Below, in pieces: positions 1 to 11,300 of a stretch of 64,000 bases of DNA (positions are counted from its first letter, which is position 1; every line of letters starts with the position of its first letter). A program made the translations under genes and the position numbers. The stretch is from Yuukianura sp. NJ FZ-2021 (taxonomy: Eukaryota): positions 11,036,001 through 11,100,000 of the forward strand of contig CM102285.1 in NCBI GenBank assembly GCA_046563655.1. Direction: 5' to 3'. The notes beneath the pieces were generated by a model that worked only from the letters and a program-made list of their open reading frames with translations, searched no databases and was not told the origin of the DNA.

Positions 1-603
1 TCCATCTACTATGACTTTTTAGCTTATCCTTTTATGCTTATGAGAGTTGCAGTTATTCATGCCACACTGATTTTCAATTGTAGTAGTTTAGATTTATAGC
101 ATACAACTGTCAAAGCATTGATTTGAACTCTTAATCTAACTAACAATATAATTTCACCTTACTTAAATAACTTTGTTTCAAGCCGAAGCCGAATGCCGAG
201 GAAATGACGATGGAAAGACAAAATTTTCATTTTAACAAAATAGGCTTCAAATTAATTCTTCAGTTAACGATAATTTAGTACTGCAACTGCAAGTCGCGCA
301 ATGACATTGTTACATCTTGCAGGTCAATCCAAAGGGCATGTCATTTTTGACTAACTTTTTACGTACTAACTGCTTCAAAATTGTTAAATTGCTTCATGAT
401 GATTCAATATTCTTGTTTCAATGCGCGATTTATTAGTAAAGCCAAAAATCGGATCAGAAACGTAAAAAACGATAGCAATTTGGTTAAGTTGCGTCAAAAT
501 AAATCGGTTTGCTAAGTTATCGCTAACAGGTTTAATCTCTATGAGGGGAAACTGTTTAGGTTAAGGACTCCTTCCTTGAAGTGTTTTGAAGCTGAATGAC
601 GCT

Positions 604-2011
604 TCAGGTTTGTTTACGTCTCTTAATTGTCTTTTTCAATTCATTTGCGGACGATGAACTGACTGCATTCGGCACATCGTCGGATAATGATGAGATTGAC
701 ACTTCTGGTTTGATAAGTCGAATGTCATCATAACACTCTCCCTCGTACATCTCGATTGCTTTGGCCGATTGATCCAACTTGGATATAATCCACTGGAACA
801 AGATGACAATTAACAGAGAGAAAGCAAGTGGAGGTACGATGGCATAAAATAACATCCAGAAGCTGCTTGCGTGTAAACACAAAACAGTTAATCGAATGCT
901 TAAAACTGTAGCTAACTGCAGAATTGGAAACTGACGTGTGGTTTGTTTTATAGGTCAAAGGGATTATTCCACTTACTAAGCGTAAGCTAAGAACTATAAA
1001 TTAACTTCGAATTGGGTTTTATTCAATTACTGAATAACTACTGGAGAATGACAAGGACAACTAAATATGTTTACTCTTGTTCTCCATTGGAAATGGTGTA
1101 GGAACGCTGCAGCGGAAGGGTTCCACACTTGTCAATGACGACAGGACTTAAGGGCCGGTCATTCTGACCAGTTTTGACTGTTCGCTCAATCTTGTGCACC
1201 AAGTCCTGGCCTTCGACGACCTTCAATTGAGAACAAAATGAATTCAATTCGTACTAGAAATGAATTAATTGAGATATGTTTTGAAAAATCTCAATTAACT
1301 CATGATGAAAACAATCACCTTTCCAAAAACAACGTGCTTCCCATCCAGCCATTCAGTTTTGCGAGCAGTGATGAAGAACTGGCAGCCATTTGTATTCGGA
1401 CCACTATTGGCCATCTGAAAACCATAAAAAGAGGTCAGAGGCCAAAATAATATAGTTGGATTACTTCATCTTTGAACTGATTTGGGGCGTACGCTTAGCA
1501 TTCCAGGGCCCAAGTGCTTGACAGTAAAGTTTTCATCTGGAAATGATCTGCCGTAGATGCTCGTAGATCCAGTTCCATCTCCACGAATTATGTCACCACC
1601 TTAAATTGTAATTAGAATCAATTCATTATCGCTTGAGGCAGTAAAAAATTTAAGTCAAGTTAAGTTGTAGACTGCTTTTGAAAGACTTGCTGACCTTGAA
1701 TCATGAAGTTTTTGATGACGCGATGGAATTGGCTTCCAGTGTAGCTTCGTCCATTGACCCCCTTCGTGCAAATTGTTTTGAAGTTCTCTACTGTGTTAGG
1801 AACGACGTCTCCAAAGAGTCCGATGACCAAGCGTCCTGCCCTTTGACCTCCAATTGACATGTCAAAGTAAACCTGGTCTGTCACGCGAATATCTTGAGCC
1901 TGTTAACAAAGAAAAAAGCATTACAACAAAATACTGGAAAAACGTAAGCGTTCTTATACTAACCGCTGCAAAGCTAAAGACGACGCAGACAAGGAACGGT
2001 AGAGTTTTCAT
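604..2011 (-). CDS. Secretory-pathway cyclophilin (PPIase), cyclophilin B/NinaA-like, 6 exons, with a probable C-terminal transmembrane exon
   Basis: Manually spliced GT-AG exons 2011-1964, 1899-1695, 1599-1493, 1414-1319, 1220-1075 and 862-604. They give a signal peptide ([16 protein letters not shown]), then [13 protein letters not shown]...[14 protein letters not shown]...[39 protein letters not shown]...[15 protein letters not shown]. If the last intron is not spliced, the frame stops at TAA 1073-1071. Confidence 0.93.
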
Positions 2012-2544
2012 TTTGCGAAATTTTTGCAAAACTGAATCTGTTATTGCGAATTTAGTTTTGCACTGATGCGCAGAGCAAGGGTAAGCGACAACTGAAGGCT
2101 GATTGGTAACCAGTTTGCGAAATCACCAGTTCTAGGGTCATTATACTAACAGGATTATATTGCCCAGAGGCCACCTTACGTGATGCAGAAGCCAAATCAA
2201 TGCCTACACCAGTCTTGGTAGCTGTAGTAGTCTTGAATCCTGTAGTATTGAATACATGCGATGATCAATTTGTTTTCTAATCCATAATCCATAATTTGTT
2301 TCTTAATTAAAAATTTAATTAAATCACGGAAGCAAAACATCGATTTCAAAAATACTTTTCACTTTTTAATAAGATTTTCTATTTTTTTTTTCGTTTCGTT
2401 GTTTCTTTGGTAGATTTCTTTGTTTCAGTCTTCCCAATTCATCAGTCTCGACTGCTTGTTTGAGATCAATATTTAGCAGTTGTCATCTACAAAACAAAGA
2501 TGCAACATTGTAATACGCATTAGTTCAGAAGTGATTAGCGAATT

Positions 2545-5356
2545 ACGTGGATGATTTACATGAGGTATTGAGATACGCGTAAGGATTCGGCGGCGGAATG
2601 CTTTTGCCTTTGACCGTGAAAAACCTGAGGGAAAAAAACGTGTGTAAAAGTTCGTAATGCCAAAATTATAAAATAGAAACTGGAATTCAATGTTAGTGTA
2701 ATACTTGGAGGCTCCATTTTCAACGGAGAAGCACATTTTGGCTTCAAAATGGATATTGGATTGTGCGTAGAACACTACAGTCAGTTTCTGAGAACAGCGA
2801 GCTTGAATGACCCCATTGACCGGGACGATGTCAATGACCTCGTTCGGAGATGCCACGACACCTCCAAAGGTCATAGGCTGCTCAACATAGTAGTGGAAGT
2901 ATGTCAACTCATCGTTGGGCTCATTTTCAGTATCACGAAGGCCCAGGAACGACATGAGTTTCATTCGGCAAAATTTATCATAGAAGTACCGCATTCGTTT
3001 CTTATGTTCGTCGCAACGTGCAGTGTCTTCTTCACGTTCTCTGAAATTTTCAAACAAAAATTTCGTTTAAAATTCCAAATCGCAGTTTAAATTGTCAGTT
3101 ATGGATGTTTACTCATCCTCGTCTTCTTCAGGTTCTGAACAAGGCGCTGGTGATTGTCGGAGCTCTGCCTCTTGATTTCCCTACAAAACCCGAATTATAT
3201 TTTCGTACATTTTGTTTTGTTTTTCAAGAACGATGAAAACCTACCCCAATTTGAAGAAGTTCTTGTTGGTACATATCAAAACCCGATGCGGTAAATAGTA
3301 ATTCCATGTCCTGGATATTGTCTGGCTCCGCATCGGTTGGAGTGACGACCTTCATCTCAATTGAATCGACGACAATATAGACCTTGTAACTGATACAGAA
3401 CTTTCCGGGATTGGTCACTGTAAACTCTTGGATCTGTTCTGTTCCATTATAAACTTCACCAAAGTCAATTTCATCTCGCTCCAAAGTCACAGTTGGGAAA
3501 AACAAAACTCCCGAAAGAGGAATCGATTCCTGGAAAAAAAATTCGAGACAAATCGAAGAAACTTTTCACCTTTTTTCACAATTGTTCAAATCCTTAAAAT
3601 CGTAATTTTTTCGTATGAAATGTCTGTCATATTTGTCTTACATCGCTTTTTGGATGCTGTTCGTAAATGCAGTCTAATGTTCCAGTGAAAGAAGTCAATC
3701 CAGAATCTTTTGCAAGACGACTAATGTCAAAGGTCAAGGGCAGATGAACAATTTCCTTTGGTGCAAATTCATGTTTCCATTCTTCAATAGTTGTTTTGTC
3801 TTCAATTACTCCAAAGGGCGAGGCCGTATGTAGTATTACGGCCAATGGTGAATTGCACGGATTTTCAATAGTCAGCGTAACTAAATACAAATAGATTTTT
3901 ATGAGGTTGGTACAATTTTCGAATTTAGAAAAGAAAAATTGAAAACTGTTACTTACTAATGTCTTGGTAAATGTTCGAGTAGTCTGTCGGATTCGGTTCA
4001 ATTTTAAATTCAATTGAAGACTTCGAGAATTTCAATTTTGGCAGTGCAAATTGTGCAGTGACTTTGATTTTTTGTGCTAAAGTGGGCACATAGATTTGGT
4101 CTTTAGCGTTGAGCTCCACTTTCCTGCCAGTCTTTCGGCCAATGTTGGCTCGACTAATTCGTTTCTGAAGTTGCTTGTCTGCAACATGAGGCATTTCAGC
4201 GTAGACCCAAAGCGAAAATCCCATTTCAGCGTTCTTAGGACTAAAACACCAAATGACTTACAATAAACCGGTTGTAAACCGCCCATACTGATAATAGCGA
4301 AGCAATAGGCCCCCCGAAGGGGGTTTGTTCCCCCCACTTTCCTGCCTCCCCCCCCGGGGGAAGTGGGGGGTGTGTTTTCCTCACTTTACCGCCCCCCCCC
4401 CGGGGAGTAGGGGTGTGTTTTCCCGCTTTTTTGCTCCGCACCCCAGGAAGCGTAGGGGTGTGTTCCCCCCACTTTCCTGCCCCCCCCCGGGGTAGTGGGG
4501 GTGTGTTCCCCCACTTTCCCGCCCCCCCAGGGGGTTTTGACAGGTGAGACGTGACAGCTGAGGCGTGACAGGTGACACCCGGCAAGTGACACTTGAGGGT
4601 GACAGGTGACACGCGGCACGTGGCAGGTGACACCCGGCAAGTGACAAGTGACAGGTGACACCCGGCACGTGACAGGTGAGAGGTGACACCCGGAAAGTGA
4701 CAGGTGACAGCTGACACCCGGCAAGTGACAAGTGACACCCGGAAAGTGACAGGTGAGAGGTGACACCCGGCAAGTGACAGGTGACAGCTGACACCCGGCA
4801 AGTGACAGGTGACACCCGGAAAGTCACAGGTGAGAGGTGACACCCGGAAAGTGACAGGTGACAGCTGACACCCGGCAAGTGACAGCCGTGACAGCCGTGA
4901 CAGGTGACACCCGGCGCGTGACAGGTGAAGTGACAGATGAAGTGTGACAGGTGACAGTTGAGTGTGTTAGTCAACTGCGTAATGGATTTTTTGCTAAGCA
5001 GAAAACCAACTACCATGCCAATTGCCTTTCCAGTCTCACAAGCAGAGTCTTTGTTACATACACTTGCATTACAAATGACCTTTAAAATCCATTTTGACCC
5101 GGAAACAGGTGACCTAGGGTCACACATTCCACACAAAAGTTGTTAGTCTCAATGAGATGAACAACTTTTGTAGAGGTCATTTTCCATGTTACCGGGGATG
5201 AAACCGGTTGACCTTGACCTTTGACCCGGAAGGAGTTGACACCCGGGGGTCATATTCAATAGTGACCAAGCCCGGGTCATGACATGGTCACTGGTGAAAA
5301 CCGGAATCAAATCGGGCCAGTAGTTTCTGAGATAATTAATCTGGACAGACAGACAG

Positions 5357-5387
<31 letters not shown>

Positions 5388-8300
5388 AACCACTTTTATC
5401 ATAATAGCTTCGCTATTATAATAATTATTACGTTCATTAACTGAAACATTAAGTTTGGTAAATTCCAAATGTCTTACACATTCGAATGGGCCTTGATTGT
5501 CAGCGTAAAGGTTTCTTCCTTGGTCAAAACCTTTTTCAATGGAGAGATTTCGAAAGCTGACTCTCTAGCGTAATAGTAATTAGAATTGAATTAAAGAAAC
5601 CCTGTTATATGCTATATTACTCAATTTCGTATGATCCAATTACTTTATTTTGCGTCGAAGTGCTTTTGACGGTACTCTGACTAGCGGCAACTCGCCAATG
5701 CTCTTGTACTTTCCCTTCTTGCTGTCGTAAATATTCGGATTTACTGGTGGGTCTTCGCCTTCAAACTTCCATTCCAAGTGTTTAGTGAGGGAGCCTAAGA
5801 TTTAGAATCATTAAACTAAACAATATAACTACCTACTTTCCGTTAATTACAAATTAACTAAAATTATTAAAACTTACCAGGATTTGTAAGTTGGTACGTA
5901 AGGATGCTAGGAGAATGACTAGGGAGAAAATTATGTCAATTACGTTGAAGCGACAACCATTATAGTAAAATGTTGAATACTAGAAACAAAATCGTACATG
6001 AAAATATAACCGAAATCCACGACGCCATCATCCAGTTCTGGTTCGAAGAGAATAGCACAACCGAATCCGTTTGCCACCGCCTCGATGTCAGTACTTTCCG
6101 AGTTTCCAGGAATCTGGAAGCGGAATTTAGCAATGTGAGCTCCAATTTCATTCAAGGTGACGGACACTTGGATGGGGGTTTCAGAATGTGGTTCAGCAGT
6201 TCCCGTTTCTGGTTCGATTTCCCATACTTCTCTCATTCCACCTCCTTTGATCTGTGTTTTTGGATTCAAACAGACTTACAAGTACGTCTCAAAAATTTTT
6301 AAAAATGTTCCAAAGACAAGCCTTACCAATGTAAACATAAATGGAATTGGAATTGATGCGCTGTTGATGACATTGAAGGTCTCAGTAGCTTTGACTCGTA
6401 CTTTTCTCTGCCCCAGATCAATTTGTGGTCGATCAATTTTTAGGGCACCAAATGGAGATACTGAGTGACATGACACGACCAGGTCAATCTCAGGATCGCA
6501 TTTTCCTGCCACGTAAAACCTAAGAGAAAAAGGCAATCAATCAAATATATTTTAGTAGAGGTCATAATGAACAACAATTTGCCAGAATCTTACTCGATGA
6601 TAGCATTGCAGTCGCCTGTGGCCTTGGTTGTGGCTTTGAAAGGAATTGTAGTGGATTCCTGGGGTTTGATTATTCCCAAGAATTCATCCGAGGTCAACAA
6701 CACGGCATCGGTTTTCTGAAATTTTGAGAAAATCGTAACTTTTTGAATCCAACTTTTACTAAATAGTTTGATGACAATATCAAACCTCAGGCACGCAGCA
6801 ATAGACAGCTGACAAAGGACTTGGATTGTGAATTGTAAAGCTTCCGTCGCAAGGATACCTCGCTACACAATTCACAATGATTGGTCCATCAGGCTTGATC
6901 AGTGTTGGAACTAAACACTTTGCTTCTACTGGCAATGTCATCAGTACTTCTGGATCTGTCCCAAGACGAACTGCAATTTTACGACTGTAGTTTCCATAAC
7001 TGGCAGCAGTCATAGTTATCTTCAACAAAGTTAATGTCACTTCGCAAATGTTATTACTGTTTTTCATTAATAACAGCTAATTCAAAAACGTTACAGTAAG
7101 ACGCTGAAATCCTTTGGGTTCCAACGTGAACATTGCCGGATCAATGGTAAATTCACGTGGAGCTATTGTAAACACAAAGTCCGGGTCACGAAGAGCGTTC
7201 AAGATGTCTTCCGCTTCCAGAACTTGTTCGTTTCCATCGGGCTCAATTCCCAAACAAAAGTCGAGTGACAGCATGGTCCCGTTCAGGAGAACGATTTGTC
7301 GCTTCTCAGGAAATCCTACAGCGAACAACATTTTTTACAACCTCAAAAATGAAAACGATTCAAGTAGAGCTTCACGGTTCCCGGATCCCATCGGGATTCG
7401 GAACCGCGGTTCCCGGTTCCGAATCCGGTTCGGCTCCTGATACTATCACCGGTTCCCAATCTCGGTTCCGGTTCGGTTCCTTAAAAATCCGGGAACCGGG
7501 AACCGCCACGGTTCCGGTTCCCAATCCGGTTCCTTAGTGATGAGGGATCCGGGATTTACTAGAGCTCCTCAGAGGAAGGTTTTGCTAAAAAAATAGGAGC
7601 TTATTCTTGCATAGAAGCTACGTTTCTTCTGAAATTTGTTAGTTTCAAAGTTTATCTACTAAAATATAATCCAGTTTTGGGGTCAACAACACAGTTTGCA
7701 TAGTTAGAAATCGACAATAACTATATTTAGCTCGTAATTATTTTCACTTACCTGCCTAACATGTTGTACTCAGACCGCGAACCCAAAGGAAATTAGTGAT
7801 TTCAAATTAACGAACTAACGTGGAAACATACTGCGGGGTTTAACCGTTAAATTGAAGCTTTGATAAATTAATTGTTTGTTTAAAATTCAATCAGATAATT
7901 TTTTGAATTGGAAACTTGAAGTAAATTAAATTTACGTTGATAGGGATAACCTCTAGTGAGTAAGCTGAAATAATAGTAAAAGGAAACGTAGCCTAGAATA
8001 TAGGACTATTGGTCCGGTTCCCAGAACCGCGGTTCCCGGTTCCGCTCCGGTTCCGATTCGGTTCCTCACTAATGGACCGGTTCCCAATCTCGGTTCCGGT
8101 TCGGTTCCCGAGGAAATTGGGAACCGCGTGTCGGTTCCGGATCCGGATCCGGATCCGCTCCCTGCAAAGAACCGGAACCGTGAAGCTCTAGATTCAAGTC
8201 CAAGTCATCCTTTACCGTACGATACTTCACCAAATCGTAAAACATCTTCTGAGAAGCGTAGTTCGGGAAAGGTTGTTTTGCCTCTAGAAAAGCAGAACAC

Positions 8301-11300
8301 AACATTAGAATTGGATTTTGAAAAATATGAAAAGCTAAATAATTTTGAAAATGACAAACTTGAAGCTAATCGACATCAGTTCGTTCGTTTCGTTGACTTT
8401 GAACCGAAACTCTTCAAAGATCGACCTAGCCTTGCCCTGTGGAAGGTAGTAGAGGAAGAATGCACCGAATTCCCCTGGACTGAGCGTCACCGTTTTCGGA
8501 TTGATTTCAAAGACACCGTCCATCATGCCAACAATTCCATCGAATGTAATCGTGCCTTCGACTTGACTTAAGTTCGTCACTGGGACCTAAGATTTCAGTT
8601 GTTATTTGTATTAGCATTTGCATTATCTTAGCTTCATTAACAACAAAAATGAATCTTTAAATTCGTAACCTCATAGGTATGTCCTCCTCCAACAACGACA
8701 TTTCCAGCGTCAAGGACATCAAACCCAAACTTAAATTTTGGGCCCAAAGCCCTGCCGATAAAACGAATTTCGGATCGTTCTTCCAGTCCTTCAATTTGAC
8801 AAAACCCCTCCGACACGAACATTCCAGGTTTCATTGGATTGAACCAAACCAAAACATCAATGGAACTCTGGGGCTGCAATTCTCCAATCTAAGACAAAAT
8901 CAATCGCGCAATTAAAAAATCATGAGAATTTTTTTCAGTTAAAATGAGAAACAAACCAGCGGTTCAATTCGAAATGTGTCATCGGCATAAAGTGGTTCAT
9001 TATGTAAATCTCCAGCATCCTTTTGTGATTTGATGATCTTGTTTATCCCGAGACTGTCGCCGCGACTGTACAATCGATGCTTATCCCGCTCGGCATTTGA
9101 CCCATGATCTCCACTCCCGTCTATTTGGTCTTTATGATGATGCTGCAAATCTGTTGACTCACGAGTTCTACCGGTTTCAAACAATTAGTAAAACAAGCCG
9201 ACAAGAATAATTTGGTTATAGAGCTTACGATAGCAAAAATGAACTTGAGGAGATATAGTTCTTCCACAGAAACTTTGTCTTGTGAGGGCCATTGTTTCGA
9301 ATCGTAACTCTTCCAGTGCTGACCATTCCAATGAAAGTGTCTTCAAATTCAACATCCAAAGGACTGAAAGTTATGTCTTCACCAACAGCTTCAGCTTCCA
9401 ACTCCACATGAACCACTTCTCCTATAATTGTTTTGTAATACTGATTTTCACATTTCAGAATCACAAGAAAAAAAATGTTTACTTTGCATTTATATGATGG
9501 TAAAAGTCTAAACTAACCAGTTTCATACTTCACTCGAAGAAATCCTTTGGAACAACCAAGTGATTTGGATTTGTAGGACAATGTCAAATTGATAGCAGCA
9601 TTCGGCGACACGATTCCTTTCGTTGGAGTCACACCGAACGGCCTTAATAAAAATTGCAACTGGCTCAAAACGCCGCACTTCTGTGATATGAGTAGGTACT
9701 AGTAATTGAAGATTCTTTTGCCTTACTCAATGGTATTGACAACGAATTTCGCAGGTCTTGTTCCAATGTTGAGAACAGTAAAGAGACGACTGTTTGCGTA
9801 ATTCACAGGAAGTTGTCCAAAATTTATTTTGTCTGGAAAATCAAGGATTCCACGAGCCCCGAATCCTAGGAATGAAATACAAAACGAAAGTTAGCGTAAC
9901 TAACAATATGCGAAAAAACATGCGTATTTGACGTTACCAATAACTGGAATCGCAATTCTGGTTCCATTGACTCCAATGATTAGTTTATGGTAGTAGTCTT
10001 CTTCATCTTGCGGTTTGAAGAACACGGAAACTGTTGTAATGAGTCCGGAAGCAAACTTTCCAATCTTTCTGGAATTTTCGTCAATGACAAATGGTCCATC
10101 CTCGGCCATCCGGAAACTGATCTTTTGCATAGTCTGTTCAAAAGAATAAAAGAAAAAAAAACACTTCCATCTGAAAAAATTGCATTCGAAAGGAAAGGTT
10201 GATGTAAAATTGTATCGCAGTTGCTCGGGGACATGTAACGTACCTTGTCAATATTCCTAACCGTGACGGTTGTCATAAATTTTTCTCCAGCTCGATACTT
10301 TTGAAAAGCCAGAATAGACGGTTCGACGGAAATCTTGAATCCATTTGAAGAGAATTTCAAACTCTTGTGTTGTTCTAAAAGTAACGCTTGACGTTCCTCC
10401 GAAGTATAGTCCAACTCCCTCAGTAAATGTGAAGGCGAAATCTGGGAATAAACACTTGAATTTTTCAAAACGAAACGGAATGACTTTGGAAATTTACATT
10501 TTCAGTAAACTTAACCTTTGGTATATCTTTTGGTTCACACGGACTCAACTGACAATTCCATGCCAGTTTGATAGCTGGTAAACACCCATAGTCTCTCATC
10601 AACCGAACAAGCAGGGTTGGCAAAATGACGTCTTTTTCACGAAAATGACGTCAAAAACGTTTAAAACGTTAAAAACGCGTCAAAAACGTCAGAAACGTCA
10701 GAAACCTTTCCTCCAAAAATTGAAATCTTTAATTCTAAATTGCCGGTTAACCTACATTATAAACCTGCTATTAGATTATAACGTATAACCGCTCTGGGTG
10801 TTCAGCATGTAAGAATGGCGTATTCGTAGCGTAAAAATAACGAGCCAGTTGCTTGTCAATCCTTTTCGAGTAAGTCTTTCTGAAACCGGTAAATCTGGAA
10901 AAAAAATTGACCATCGATATTTTTGATTTTTTTGAAACTTGGCATGATTGAAGGTACCACCAAAGGAGAATTTTTGGCTATCTTGATTTTGACCTTTGAC
11001 CTTCAAGATGGCGGCCAGGTCAGGGCAAAGTTGGTAAAAGTGGCCCCTTTGGACTAGGATAACTCCGGAACGAAGCCACATATCGACATGGGGTCAACGG
11101 CAAATTGAATCCCATTAAATTCCCCAGATCCATTTTTCTTGCGGTGTCCCTAGGTGCCCTTGACCCTTGAGGTCAAGGGTCAGCCCTTATGACAACCCTT
11201 GGCAAGTAATACCTCATCGGAAAGCTCTCGTCAAGCTGATTCGGAATATATATATGTATTGATGTTTTCGAGTGACCCCTTGGCCTACAGAGGTCATGGT

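Larger units (their letters stand above)
4262..5420 (-). mobile_element. Non-autonomous Helentron/DINE-1 (HINE)-like element in a HYDIN-like intron
   Basis: 13-bp subterminal inverted repeats ATAATAGCGAAGC (4291-4303) and GCTTCGCTATTAT (5407-5419). One copy is part of the palindrome ATAATAGCTTCGCTATTAT. A (GTCT/GTCC)n microsatellite lies near that end, a short CGGTT-gta-AACCG hairpin (4269-4281) lies outside the other subTIR, there are internal tandem repeats, and no TSD was seen. Confidence 0.7.

Noticed and set aside
4241..5136. Overlapping Cys/His-rich ORFs (VTCHL repeats)
   Set aside because: These are translations of the GTGACAG minisatellite and GC-rich repeat, open in several frames at once.
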